From Nanobdellati archaeon (lineage in GTDB: Archaea > EX4484-52 > GLR71), in the NCBI GenBank assembly GCA_019429005.1, contig JAHYJR010000005.1:54581-118580 (forward strand): DNA of 64,000 nt. Reading direction: 5' to 3'. The position numbers were made by a program, and so were the translations under genes. Positions 10,182 to 21,148 of this stretch are shown in pieces. A model generated the notes under the pieces. The model was not told where the DNA came from and did not search any database. It saw only the letters and a program-made list of their open reading frames with translations. How positions within the stretch are numbered: position 1 is the stretch's first letter; each line of letters opens with the position of its first letter.

Positions 10182-10368
10182 TTTATATTATATCGTTTGA
10201 GTGTATTTTTTTATATATTATAATATGACTATAATACGTTATGTTTATATTATACAAATATTATAATTATATTATAATTATATGTCTTAATAATATCATG
10301 TATTTATATTATTATATATTAATAAACTTACATTGTCATATGAATATAATATTATATTCTTATCCGTT

Positions 10369-10480
10369 TATAATCTTATTTATCTATAATCTTATTTATC
10401 TATAATCTTATTTATCTATAATCTTATTTATCTATAATCTTATTTATCTATAATCTTATTTATCTATAATCTTATTTATC
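10369..10480. repeat. Perfect tandem repeat, 7 x 16 bp (tataatcttatttatc)
   Basis: Seven consecutive identical units, read directly, inside a ~650-bp very AT-rich intergenic region. Confidence 0.95.
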
Positions 10481-10827
10481 TATAAACTTATATTACTATT
10501 TAATTATAGTAATATTGTATCATATATGTATATTTATATTAAATTATATTTTTATCTTAATATATTTTTAGTAATGTATAAACATATATATTTATGTTAT
10601 TATATTTAGATATGTTTATATTGAACTAAATATATATTGTTATTATAATTATATTGATATATCACCATATTAATTATATATATATATATATATATGTATA
10701 GTATACTAATATCTGTATATATTTATATTATATCAATCTAATTAGAACACGGTTTTAAAAATATTTTATTTTTAAAAAATAGTTTATAACCGGAATTTAT
10801 ATAAATAATAAAATATATTTATATACT

Positions 10828-11241
10828 ATGTATTTAGAAGATATGTCTATTATTACGGCTCAAGATATAGAAGAATTATGTTCATATATAAAAAAATATT
10901 CAGAGGATGTATCTAGTTTAGTCGGAGTTATAGAAACAAATAACAAGTTAAAATCTGAACTAAAGACTCCTGAACTGAAGAATTGTAGATATGTTGATTT
11001 TGGTGAAGGTAAAAAGTATGCTATTGTACAGAATGGTTCATCTCTAAGAATTCTTTATAACTCGGAGGGTCATATAAATATACAAGATATGAATCCTTTT
11101 TCAGCTAAGATGTATGAAGGTGATATTGATATGTTTAAAGCTGCTTTAAATGATAAGTATAAACACAAACCTGAAGTTCTTACTGGTCTTATGTCTACTT
11201 TCAAGAAAATTGATGATTTGAAACCTAAACAGAATTCTTAA
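10828..11241 (+). CDS. Hypothetical protein (137 aa)
   Basis: Clean ORF with protein-like composition. A TATA-like tttatataaa lies at ~10796-10805 upstream and T-rich sequence lies downstream. No motif recognised. Confidence 0.7.
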   Translation: MYLEDMSIITAQDIEELCSYIKKYSEDVSSLVGVIETNNKLKSELKTPELKNCRYVDFGEGKKYAIVQNGSSLRILYNSEGHINIQDMNPFSAKMYEGDIDMFKAALNDKYKHKPEVLTGLMSTFKKIDDLKPKQNS

Positions 11242-11327
11242 ATTAAGTTAGCATTATATTTTTTTTAAATTACTTTTTTATTCAGTTACTTTTTCACTTA
11301 GGTCTATTATTATATTTCAAATAATAT

Positions 11328-14300
11328 CTATATTTGATCTAACCTACGAGGTATAATTTGTTCTGTATCTTCTGATACTACATCACGTATTTGGTTAATA
11401 TCACTCATAACCTGTTTGTTTATGTTATTCAAATCATTTGATACTGTATTCTCAAATGTTCTTGTTTGTTCAGCGACAAGTCGTGGTATACTTTCAATAT
11501 TATTTTCAATTGTTCTTTCAAAACTCCTTATTTCATTTACCGATTCTGACATAAATGGTGGGGATGGTGGTGGTAATATTGGTGAAAGCTCAGGTTTTTC
11601 GTTAACAATCGAATCGTATTTAGATTCATAGTTCATGAGTTTTCTATTTTTAAGATATTTATATATTATAATTGTTGAAACACCAAGTAATGCAAGTATA
11701 GCTAGGTATTTTGCCCATATAAATCCATCTTCGGTTGTATCTACAAGACATAATGGTGATGCTGCACAATCTCCACACGAACAATCTTCATCTATGTCAC
11801 AGATACCATTTCCACACACAGAATCTGAAATTATTATAGGTGGTATGTAGAACCCTGTTGCAAAAATAAGTGGTTTTGAAAACTCGAGGAAACCATTACT
11901 TTTGAATGTATAATCATTTATTTTATATCTAATTGTTATTATATCTTCATCAGAGCTTACATTTTCAAACATGATATTGATTGAATTAAGTAATGTATTG
12001 ACTGTAATCTTACCATTATTTGCAAGTACTGTAACTTTATCAAGTTTTAAGGAATCTGGTAACTGTTCACTTATGATAAGCTGATCTATTATTTTTTTCC
12101 CTGTATAATTTATTTCAAGTGTGACGATATATTTACCGTTTTCAAGAGTTTGATATCTTTTAGCTGAAATATCGTTATATACCTCATTTGTGATTTCAGA
12201 TATCGTATTCATATCATCTTCAGTTACAATTTGACCTGTAAGTGATTTAATCATAGTCCTTACTTCATAGAGTAATGTCTTTCTAATTTGGTCAGGTGTC
12301 TTTTTGAATGTGTATGACATGAAATCTGCTTCTGTGCCTTTAGAATCTTTACTGCCTGCATATGGTAATGGTATTGAAAATCCTGAAGAGGATGAGCTTC
12401 CGCATCCAACACATCCTGTTGTTTGTGTTGTTGCAGGTATGTCTTGTATTATCGTAACTGTAATCTGTTTCAATTCACTTTCAGATATGTTAAAAATACT
12501 ACTTTGTGTTATGTATGTTTTATCTGAAATAGTATATTCTGCTTGTATGAGTAATGCTTCTGTATATTTTGTTGTATTAACACCAATCATACCAAGTCCA
12601 GCGATATTAGTTGAAGTTGTTATGTTTGTTGTCATATTTGTACTGACGTTCAAGATTACAGTATTATACATAAGTGTTAGTTTTGCGTTATTTAGCAGTG
12701 TACCCTGTTGGTTTTTGACAGTTATGTTTAAGTATGCATACTTACTTCTATTCATATACACATCCGTTGTCACAAAATTGGTTGTTTTTGTTTCAAATAT
12801 GTGTTTATTTTGGAATATATTATATGTTCCATTAACACTTGTTCCAATAGCGCTATAATTATTTTTGTAAAGATATTTGAAATCTAGTTCACCTATAGCT
12901 GTTGATTTTATGAGTGTTTGGCCTTGTGCATCAACAGTAAGGCCTGTATCATTCCAAACATAAATGAATATAGTATCATCTTTGATTGTTTCTCTTGAGA
13001 TATTATACATATCTTTTACATCATATAGATTCATATACACTGTTACTGGTGTTATATTGAGCTTATTTATTATATTAAGTCCATTTTCAGGTATGTTTTC
13101 TTGTATGTTTATATTGCTTTCATAATATCCAAATCCAAGATTATCTGCATCAATTACATATTTGTAGTTTGGTGTTATACTGTTTAGATTCCAATATTTA
13201 TCTGTAATCACATTATTGAATGTTAAAATTCCATTATTATCTGTAAGTCCTGTAAGTGTTTTATTGAATCCGTTTAATGCGATATCTGTATTTTTATATA
13301 TTGTAACATTTACATCTTCAAATGCACCAGTTTCGTTTGTTATATTGAATTTGATTCTGGTATCATTAAGTGTCATAGTTTGATTATTTCCATTTATTTC
13401 ATCTTCACCAAATATGGCTTCAAGCAAATAACTTTTATTAACAAAACCTAAACTTAGTATCTGCATTGCATTTGGTACAACTGTATATTGTCCATATGGT
13501 ATATTTGACACTGTAATACCTGTTCCGGATGTTCCTGAATATACTAGACCTGTAGGCCCTGATAAAGATAAGCTGATGTTCTCAACCGTACTTCCTGTAT
13601 CATTTACAAATTTTATGAGTATTTCTGTATTGTTCAATAAATACGTAATCTCATTATTTTTACCGCTCATCTGATCTGTTACTGTGAGATTGAATGTATT
13701 GTTTCCATCATATGCGAATATATTGCTTGCAAAGGATATGCTATATGTGCCTGTCGGCACAAGACTGAACATTACGGAACCATTATCATTTGTAATATTA
13801 TTGAAGTAACATAATCCTTTTTGATTTTGAACATTTGTACAATTATAAAGCGACATAGCTATACCAAGATTTTCAACAGAACCTAAACTTTCATCTTTGA
13901 ATATAAGGTTTACTTTTGTTGTGTTAAGTGTGACATTTATTTCATTTTCTTGATTTGTAATACTTGTATACATTATATTCGCAACACTATATCCTAAATA
14001 GCCACCATCAACTTTTGCATTTTGTGTACTTGCCTCCATATGTCTTTGAACTGTTCCATTCTCATTTGTTGTTAATATACAACTTGTAGTTTCATCAATA
14101 CAGCTATAATATGGATTAAATGTTATTGAAATGTTTGCAAGTGTTAAGTTGGTATCACTTTGCACATTAAATCTATTAATTGCAGCTCCTCCTTGATACA
14201 TATATAGTTCCATATCTGTTTCTGTTCCGTTGAATAAATCAGTGATTGTAGTTTCAAAATTTGTAACATATAAGGTTAAGTCCCATGGACTGAATAATGG

Positions 14301-17300
14301 ATTTATAGATATAATAAAATGACCAACTATGTCTGTTATACTTTCGTAATACTTAGATATCCCTTTTTTAAATTTAATTCCAACATTTACAATTGGTGTT
14401 TGTATATTTTTCTCATCAAATAATTGTTTATTATAAATTGTACCGCTTACAGTTCCTTGTCCTATAAGGCTGAAATTATATTCTGATGTTGAACTGTTAT
14501 ATAACACATTGTTTTTTAAAACATCTTTTAAATATCGACCATCAGCTTCAATAAGGATATCATAATTTTGTTTTAAATCATTATACAAAGTCGCACCAGG
14601 TATATATGGACTTGCTGCTATTGAATAATAACCATTTGAATCTGTTTTTGTGGTATACCTTACATTTTGAAGTTCGCCACTGCTATATTGTCCAAATGAA
14701 ACAACAGCATCTTCTACAAATTGACAGTCGTTATGTGTACAATATTTATCCGTAATAAAACCTTCAACTGTTGCAAGACCTGTAAGATTGATTTTTTCTT
14801 TTCCATTTAATTCAGTTAAATTAGTATATGTACCGTTGTATAGACCACCCTCAACACCATATGTATCTAATGAATCATATTGACTGTATCCTTTAGCATC
14901 AACTCTAACATAATATTTACTATCTGCTTTTATTTGGATCTCACCAAATTCATTTGTATTAGCTTCAGAAAATACAAGTTTTCCTACAGGCAATTTTTCA
15001 ATCAAATCAATTCCATAACCTGCAAATTGACCATCTATCCTAATATCATAAAAACCATCTGGTAGTGTGAATGTAATATTTCCACCACTATTTGTAAGGT
15101 TACTTGCTATAAGATATTCGTCTAAAAAGTTTGAATCTCCTTTATATATAGACACATTAGCTAGTGGAATTCCACTTCCGCCTGCAGTTGCCTGTATTGT
15201 TATGTTCCAGTTATCACCGATTATTGATTTGTAAATATTTGATCTGTTTATGCCTTTATGATAATCATAGAACATCACAGATTCATCAAGACCCATAAGT
15301 GATGGATTATTTGTATTTAAAGGGTCATCATTTAATGGTGGATCTATCCATATGCTGAGGTTATCTCCTGCAAATATGCTGAACCTTGTTGAATTTTGAC
15401 CATCTGTTTTATTGCTGACAATTACACTTATGTTACAGTCCATACATGGTAAGACTCTCTCAAATACTCGAGTACCATCAGCAAATGTTAATCCGCTTAA
15501 TGTGTTGTTCATAGCATCAACTGCTGCTGTCACATTATCACTCATGTATACAGTAACATTTGCATCTCCTATAGGGTAATATGTTGCGTTTGTAACATTG
15601 ACTTCAAGTACAGTCATGTTAATGTTTATGGTATATGATGTTGTTGTTTTGTTAATCTCAATAAGTTGTGGATGTGTATAATTTTCATAACCTTGCATAG
15701 TTCCGTCTATATTAAGCGTATAATTATTGTATGGTATTTTTTTGAATGTTGCATTAAATGGATCTGATTCAAGTGCCATGCCATTAAATGTTATTGTAGT
15801 ACCATTTCCATACATATCGAATTCAATATTTGAACCATTTGATGTTATGTTTAAGTGTAATTTATTCTCTTCAATAACAATTGTTTGGTTGTTTCGTCCC
15901 CATGTAAGTTGTGTTTGGTAATTTTGTATTATGGTGCTATTATAACCAATCTGTGTTCCATCTATAACAAGGTTGTACACTTCACCCGGATCACCAACAA
16001 CAACACGCCTTAATGTTGCAGTACTATTTGTAGTCTGATTTGTAATGTCTGAGGTGTATGGTAATATATCATTTTCAAGAAGGCTGACAATCACATTATC
16101 ATCAACCTGTGCTGTGCCGTTTGTAACATTTATAACAAGATAATTTTCTGTAAGTGTTGCATTTTTAGTTGTTACAGTACCTATCGTGATACTAAACAAT
16201 TCTGTTTCATTAAGATTATATCCATTATGACGTCCATCTGCAGATATCTTATGGTTTCCTGGAATTAGTGTTGTGCTTACAAATTGTACATAACCATCTT
16301 TATCTGAATCTGTTGTTGACATAACAATATCATCTGTAGAGTTCAAAAGATTTATTATTGTACCTTCAGTGGTTGCAGTTATGATTTTGTTTATTTCGTC
16401 ATATATATACACATTTATTATGGTAGTACCTCCAAGGTTTACTGGTGTAGGGTATGTATTATTACCATAATCAATCACAATTGTTGTGTCGTTCCATTGT
16501 GTATAACCTGACATATTGATACTTAATAAAGCCCATGCTTCAGACAACAATTTATTGAATGTTACGATACCATTTATGTCTGTAAGTGCTGTAAGTGCAA
16601 TTCCTTGTGCGTTATTGATGATGCTTGTCATTGAACTATCTGTCCAGATAGATACATTTGCACCTTGTAATGGATTAATTCCATCACTTGTGACTAATAT
16701 TTCAAATAAATTTTCATCAATATATACTGTCTGTATATTTTGACTTCCAAGTGTTAGGTTAACTTGGTATTGTGTTAAACTGTAACCTTCCTTTGTACCA
16801 TTTATAGTTATATTGTATGTTCCGGAAAGTAATGTTCCGTCTCCAAGAAGTACTTCACCTCCACTTGTTATGTTTGTATAATTTTCAGCAGGGTTGTTTT
16901 CTTTTACCATTGAAACATTTATATTATTTAAATCGCTTTGTGTTGATGAATCTCTGACTATTATTCTTGTAAATGTCTGTTGTAGGTCGAGTTCAACATA
17001 TCTGAAACCATCTGAGAAGTTTGTTGATTGGTCTAATGTAATCTCTCCGGTATAATTATTATGTCCATCAAGTGATATAGAGATATTATAAGTACCCCAC
17101 AATAAACCACGGAATGTAACATTTTCACCATCTCCACCAACATCTGTAATACCTATTACTTGTAAATTAGAACCTGTTGAATTCTGTGCGATTGTGCTGC
17201 CGACAGGTCCGGACCATAAGGTTACATTAGCACCTTGTACAGAACTACCTTCAATAAATAATACTAGTTCATTGTTTTTCAGTGTAAGATCAACATGTTT

Positions 17301-20300
17301 TGATTGATCTGGTAATACATATATATACGCTTCAGTTATATTGTATCCTTTAGCTGTTCCATTCACAGTTATGTTTTGGTATGATTGCAAATTGCTAAAT
17401 GATACTAATCCATTTATTGTTGTATTTTTAATGTAGAAATCTGAACCTATATCTATTAATGTTTCTGCATCAGTTGGATTTGATTGGTTTATGAACACAT
17501 CTTCAATTATAATATAATCTGTACCACTTATAATTAATGGAAGTGTACTGAAGTCATATGTGTTAGGTGTTCCATCATAATTTATTGTTACATCGTTGAT
17601 TGTAAATGACACCATTGTAATATTGTGTATGTTACTTAGATTATCTTTTATATTTAAAACTGTACCAATTTCAAGTATTGCTTTACCCTTTGTTTTGATT
17701 TCGACATCGTCTATTACAGGGAATCCTGTTTCATCAGTTATATTTAATATTAGATTTCCTGCATGTGGTGGTAATATTATAGGTGTTGATGTCATGTTTA
17801 TTATTGTTCCTGCTTGTGCTTCCGTAATCAGTATATCTGTGGTGTTTGTATAATAATTGGATGGTATGTCTAGTGCCGTCAATGTATTTATGCCTGAAGG
17901 CACATATTCAAATGTGTGTGTGTTGTTTACTGTATAATTGAGTAGATATGGTCCTGTTAAACCTATGATTTGTGTGTTATTTATTATGATTCCTCGCGGA
18001 TCTGATGCTGTAAGAATCAATACTGTTTTATTTATGTTGAATGTTTGATTATAGGTGATACCCGCTGTAGTTATATTTATATTACCAGCTGTATTTCCAC
18101 AACCTAGGCTTGATGCATTTACATTTATATCAAAATATCCTGTTGGGACTTCACTAAACATTGTTAAATTATTGAACGTTGTATTTGTATCATTGTTTTT
18201 GATACCTATTATGTTTGGATTTCGCTCTATATAGACTGTGGCGTTTGTTGTATTAGATAAATTATCACACGTTACATATACTTCAAGTTCTGTGCTAGTA
18301 AGTGATTTTATAAATGTCAAATTATTGAAGTAATGGTATAAACTGACTTTTGCATTTTCTATTGGTGATATTGCCATATCATAGTTTTGGCTGTCTTTAA
18401 CTTCAATTTCAAATACGGGTTCAATTACAAAATTATATGGGCTTGTACCATATCCTGTGCAACCTTGTTCACATTTTGTTATGTCTGTGTATTGGCTTGA
18501 ATGTGTGGTTATCTTATATGTGAGTGTGCTTGGTATTTTTGCACTGAAGTTTCCATATATGTCTGTGCTTTTATAATATGAGAATCCCTTAATTGTATCA
18601 TATATTATTATGTCTGCATTTTGTACGGGTTCATCGAAAAGTGTTTTAACTGAACCTGTTATTGTAATTGAACCATCAAGTCTTGGATTTATAACTATTG
18701 ATTGATTTGCAGGATATCCTATCCCTAGAAGACTACTATTCCATGCAAGGTATCCACTTTTATCTACAAGTATCTTATAATTTCCCGAAAGTCCTATCTG
18801 GTAATCAAAGTTACCATTTGAATCTGATTGTAGTCTGTATATTGTCGTATCATTTGAATTATATTGTATTGTCATGTTTGCATATGGTATTTTTACAATG
18901 TTATTGTTGTATATTTCAGAATCTGTAACAATACCTGATAATCTGATGTTTCCTGTCATTTGTATTACAAAATCACGAGGGTTTGTCGGACTTGCAATTT
19001 GTTGTTCAGTATTATTGAACAAGTAAAAGCCATCAGCTATATAATAAACGTTATAATTGAGTGTCCCTGGAACATTTATACCAAATTCACCATTTGTATT
19101 TGTTGTTGTCTTATATAATTTTGTGCTGTTTATGTCATCTACATATACGAACGCATTAACTAGTTCTTGTTTGACTTTACCTGTATTTTGATCAAGTACA
19201 GTTCCATTTATCCATGAGTTTCCTTTTATCGTAATGTCAACTATATTTGATACTTGTGTTGTAGTTTCGATTGTTGTAATTGTATTATAACCATTTTTTT
19301 CTGCAGTTAGATAATATTCGCTGTTACCTTTCATCCTTGTATTGTATTCACCTGTATTGTTTGTTATGAGTGCATATGTGAAATATCCGGATGGTGTTGT
19401 TACATACGCTGTTATATTTACAAGATTTGCAGGTATTTCTGCAGGGTTATATTCATCTGCATAATTAAGGTTGATATCTATAACTTTTCCAGAGAGTGTT
19501 GCAGTACCATTTAATCTGATATCACCAGAATAGTTTCCAGTTAATGCAAGTGGTGCAGTTGCAGTATATCCATCGGAAAGTATGGATAACGCGTAACCCG
19601 TATTATCTCTAATCTTAAACGAGAATTCGCCAGTATTATTTGTAAATGTTGTGTATTTTATATTCTGATCAAAATCTTCAACAACTGTTATTGTTGCGTT
19701 ATATATAGGTTGCGTATTCCAATAATCTGTTATTTTTGCATATACTGTTGTAGGACCTTCAAGTGTTGTGCTTATTTCTTCAAAATCACCATAAACTAAG
19801 TTATTGGTGCTACTTTCTCCAACTATTTTGGTATTATATTTATTATGTGTGATTTTGATTCTATATCCATTTGTATTATTAAGCAGAGTTTTTGGTACAT
19901 ATAATTCATAATATCCATTTACATCTGTCAATATTGTGTAGAAATATTTGTTGTCGTATCCAAAAGGGTTTCCATTGGAATCAACAATTGTAACATTTGC
20001 ATTTTGTACTTTTATCGTAGTATTGTATGTATCTCTAAGAGTTCCATAAATTTTTGCAGTACCTTTTATAGCAATATTAAGTATTTCATCTTGTCTTGAT
20101 GTATATGGTATATTATAAGAATATGTTGAACTTTTGTATGTATCATAACTTGTATGATTTATTGTCACATAATAACTAGTATTTGTAGCAGTGACACTTC
20201 CAAACATAAGTATATTTCCATCTGAATCTGTTTTACAGATATTATCAATGCATCTGTAATTACCATAATTATTAATTGTTTCATCTATTCCAACTTTATA

Positions 20301-20732
20301 GACTTTTACTTGAGCATCTTTTATCGGCATACTATTTGCAAAATCTTTTACCGTTATGTTAAAGCTTGAGTGTGTGTTTGGTATAACTTCTAGAGATATT
20401 GGGTTGTTCGTATAATAACAATTTGAACCATTTAGGACTGTTTGATTAACATATCCTACTGCGGCAATTTTTAATGCGTAACCATCTGCTGTTGTTATAT
20501 TTTCTGAAAAGATACCATTAGGACTTATAGTTGTTGTACTGATAACACCAAAAACACCGCTTGAGTTACATTCAAGTATGTCTATAGTTCCGGCTGTTGG
20601 GTATGAGAATCCATCTATTATGTCTTTAAGACTTCCCTGAACATTATAATCTACAGCGTATGTTGTATTTATTCCATATATTGCAAATAAGGCTAGCAAT
20701 ATTGTGATAATAAGAAGTATTTTAGATTTCAT
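11328..20732 (-). CDS. Giant 3134-aa cell-surface protein with tandem carboxypeptidase-regulatory-like (prealbumin-fold) repeats and a C-terminal TM anchor
   Basis: Signal peptide; many ~90-aa repeats (G.V.D...PI.NA.V...T..NG.F...GY); Gly/Ser linker; CGNGIC..DEDC..C..DC motif; TM FIWAKYLAILALLGVSTIIIY followed by basic residues. Confidence 0.85.
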   Translation of the reverse strand: MKSKILLIITILLALFAIYGINTTYAVDYNVQGSLKDIIDGFSYPTAGTIDILECNSSGVFGVISTTTISPNGIFSENITTADGYALKIAAVGYVNQTVLNGSNCYYTNNPISLEVIPNTHSSFNITVKDFANSMPIKDAQVKVYKVGIDETINNYGNYRCIDNICKTDSDGNILMFGSVTATNTSYYVTINHTSYDTYKSSTYSYNIPYTSRQDEILNIAIKGTAKIYGTLRDTYNTTIKVQNANVTIVDSNGNPFGYDNKYFYTILTDVNGYYELYVPKTLLNNTNGYRIKITHNKYNTKIVGESSTNNLVYGDFEEISTTLEGPTTVYAKITDYWNTQPIYNATITVVEDFDQNIKYTTFTNNTGEFSFKIRDNTGYALSILSDGYTATAPLALTGNYSGDIRLNGTATLSGKVIDINLNYADEYNPAEIPANLVNITAYVTTPSGYFTYALITNNTGEYNTRMKGNSEYYLTAEKNGYNTITTIETTTQVSNIVDITIKGNSWINGTVLDQNTGKVKQELVNAFVYVDDINSTKLYKTTTNTNGEFGINVPGTLNYNVYYIADGFYLFNNTEQQIASPTNPRDFVIQMTGNIRLSGIVTDSEIYNNNIVKIPYANMTIQYNSNDTTIYRLQSDSNGNFDYQIGLSGNYKILVDKSGYLAWNSSLLGIGYPANQSIVINPRLDGSITITGSVKTLFDEPVQNADIIIYDTIKGFSYYKSTDIYGNFSAKIPSTLTYKITTHSSQYTDITKCEQGCTGYGTSPYNFVIEPVFEIEVKDSQNYDMAISPIENAKVSLYHYFNNLTFIKSLTSTELEVYVTCDNLSNTTNATVYIERNPNIIGIKNNDTNTTFNNLTMFSEVPTGYFDINVNASSLGCGNTAGNINITTAGITYNQTFNINKTVLILTASDPRGIIINNTQIIGLTGPYLLNYTVNNTHTFEYVPSGINTLTALDIPSNYYTNTTDILITEAQAGTIINMTSTPIILPPHAGNLILNITDETGFPVIDDVEIKTKGKAILEIGTVLNIKDNLSNIHNITMVSFTINDVTINYDGTPNTYDFSTLPLIISGTDYIIIEDVFINQSNPTDAETLIDIGSDFYIKNTTINGLVSFSNLQSYQNITVNGTAKGYNITEAYIYVLPDQSKHVDLTLKNNELVLFIEGSSVQGANVTLWSGPVGSTIAQNSTGSNLQVIGITDVGGDGENVTFRGLLWGTYNISISLDGHNNYTGEITLDQSTNFSDGFRYVELDLQQTFTRIIVRDSSTQSDLNNINVSMVKENNPAENYTNITSGGEVLLGDGTLLSGTYNITINGTKEGYSLTQYQVNLTLGSQNIQTVYIDENLFEILVTSDGINPLQGANVSIWTDSSMTSIINNAQGIALTALTDINGIVTFNKLLSEAWALLSINMSGYTQWNDTTIVIDYGNNTYPTPVNLGGTTIINVYIYDEINKIITATTEGTIINLLNSTDDIVMSTTDSDKDGYVQFVSTTLIPGNHKISADGRHNGYNLNETELFSITIGTVTTKNATLTENYLVINVTNGTAQVDDNVIVSLLENDILPYTSDITNQTTNSTATLRRVVVGDPGEVYNLVIDGTQIGYNSTIIQNYQTQLTWGRNNQTIVIEENKLHLNITSNGSNIEFDMYGNGTTITFNGMALESDPFNATFKKIPYNNYTLNIDGTMQGYENYTHPQLIEINKTTTSYTININMTVLEVNVTNATYYPIGDANVTVYMSDNVTAAVDAMNNTLSGLTFADGTRVFERVLPCMDCNISVIVSNKTDGQNSTRFSIFAGDNLSIWIDPPLNDDPLNTNNPSLMGLDESVMFYDYHKGINRSNIYKSIIGDNWNITIQATAGGSGIPLANVSIYKGDSNFLDEYLIASNLTNSGGNITFTLPDGFYDIRIDGQFAGYGIDLIEKLPVGKLVFSEANTNEFGEIQIKADSKYYVRVDAKGYSQYDSLDTYGVEGGLYNGTYTNLTELNGKEKINLTGLATVEGFITDKYCTHNDCQFVEDAVVSFGQYSSGELQNVRYTTKTDSNGYYSIAASPYIPGATLYNDLKQNYDILIEADGRYLKDVLKNNVLYNSSTSEYNFSLIGQGTVSGTIYNKQLFDEKNIQTPIVNVGIKFKKGISKYYESITDIVGHFIISINPLFSPWDLTLYVTNFETTITDLFNGTETDMELYMYQGGAAINRFNVQSDTNLTLANISITFNPYYSCIDETTSCILTTNENGTVQRHMEASTQNAKVDGGYLGYSVANIMYTSITNQENEINVTLNTTKVNLIFKDESLGSVENLGIAMSLYNCTNVQNQKGLCYFNNITNDNGSVMFSLVPTGTYSISFASNIFAYDGNNTFNLTVTDQMSGKNNEITYLLNNTEILIKFVNDTGSTVENISLSLSGPTGLVYSGTSGTGITVSNIPYGQYTVVPNAMQILSLGFVNKSYLLEAIFGEDEINGNNQTMTLNDTRIKFNITNETGAFEDVNVTIYKNTDIALNGFNKTLTGLTDNNGILTFNNVITDKYWNLNSITPNYKYVIDADNLGFGYYESNINIQENIPENGLNIINKLNITPVTVYMNLYDVKDMYNISRETIKDDTIFIYVWNDTGLTVDAQGQTLIKSTAIGELDFKYLYKNNYSAIGTSVNGTYNIFQNKHIFETKTTNFVTTDVYMNRSKYAYLNITVKNQQGTLLNNAKLTLMYNTVILNVSTNMTTNITTSTNIAGLGMIGVNTTKYTEALLIQAEYTISDKTYITQSSIFNISESELKQITVTIIQDIPATTQTTGCVGCGSSSSSGFSIPLPYAGSKDSKGTEADFMSYTFKKTPDQIRKTLLYEVRTMIKSLTGQIVTEDDMNTISEITNEVYNDISAKRYQTLENGKYIVTLEINYTGKKIIDQLIISEQLPDSLKLDKVTVLANNGKITVNTLLNSINIMFENVSSDEDIITIRYKINDYTFKSNGFLEFSKPLIFATGFYIPPIIISDSVCGNGICDIDEDCSCGDCAASPLCLVDTTEDGFIWAKYLAILALLGVSTIIIYKYLKNRKLMNYESKYDSIVNEKPELSPILPPPSPPFMSESVNEIRSFERTIENNIESIPRLVAEQTRTFENTVSNDLNNINKQVMSDINQIRDVVSEDTEQIIPRRLDQI

Positions 20733-20935
20733 ACACTAACCTCCCTTTTAGGCTGGTATACTTTTGCTTTTCCAACTACAATAAGTTCAAGTTTGCCTGA
20801 CATTTTTAATGCTTCAAGATATCCTGATAGAAAATCACGTCTAAGGCCCAGTTCCTCTGCAAGGTGAGAAACAGAATATGGTTTACTCTCTAGTTTTTTT
20901 AATATTCTTGTCTCTAGGTTAGGGCTTGTCGACAT
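20729..20935 (-). CDS. Small winged-helix HTH protein
   Basis: ILKKLE..PYSVSHLAEELGLRRDFLSGYLEAL...G.L....VGKAKVY; ATGA overlap with the giant gene. Confidence 0.8.
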   Translation of the reverse strand: MSTSPNLETRILKKLESKPYSVSHLAEELGLRRDFLSGYLEALKMSGKLELIVVGKAKVYQPKREVSV

Positions 20936-21148
20936 AGTAAATTATTGTATTATGTTCTATATAAAGGTTCATATTGTATTTTATATTATTTACTATTTTG
21001 TATACTTTATTACGTATTATATTAAATACTATATATACTACTATATATACTACAATATAACATATTAATTGGTATGCTATATTGTTTTCTATAATAAATA
21101 CTATATTGTATACAATAGAAACAATATACTCTGTATTATTTTACTAAA

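Noticed and set aside
10369-10480. 16-bp array as a CRISPR array
   Set aside because: The units are contiguous with no spacers. The same applies to 51436-51525 and 60682-60951.
11416-18928. Plus-strand ORFs inside the 3134-aa gene, and similar antisense ORFs in rfc, the surface cluster and the rpo genes
   Set aside because: They are shadow frames of long genuine genes, with no motifs or independent signals.
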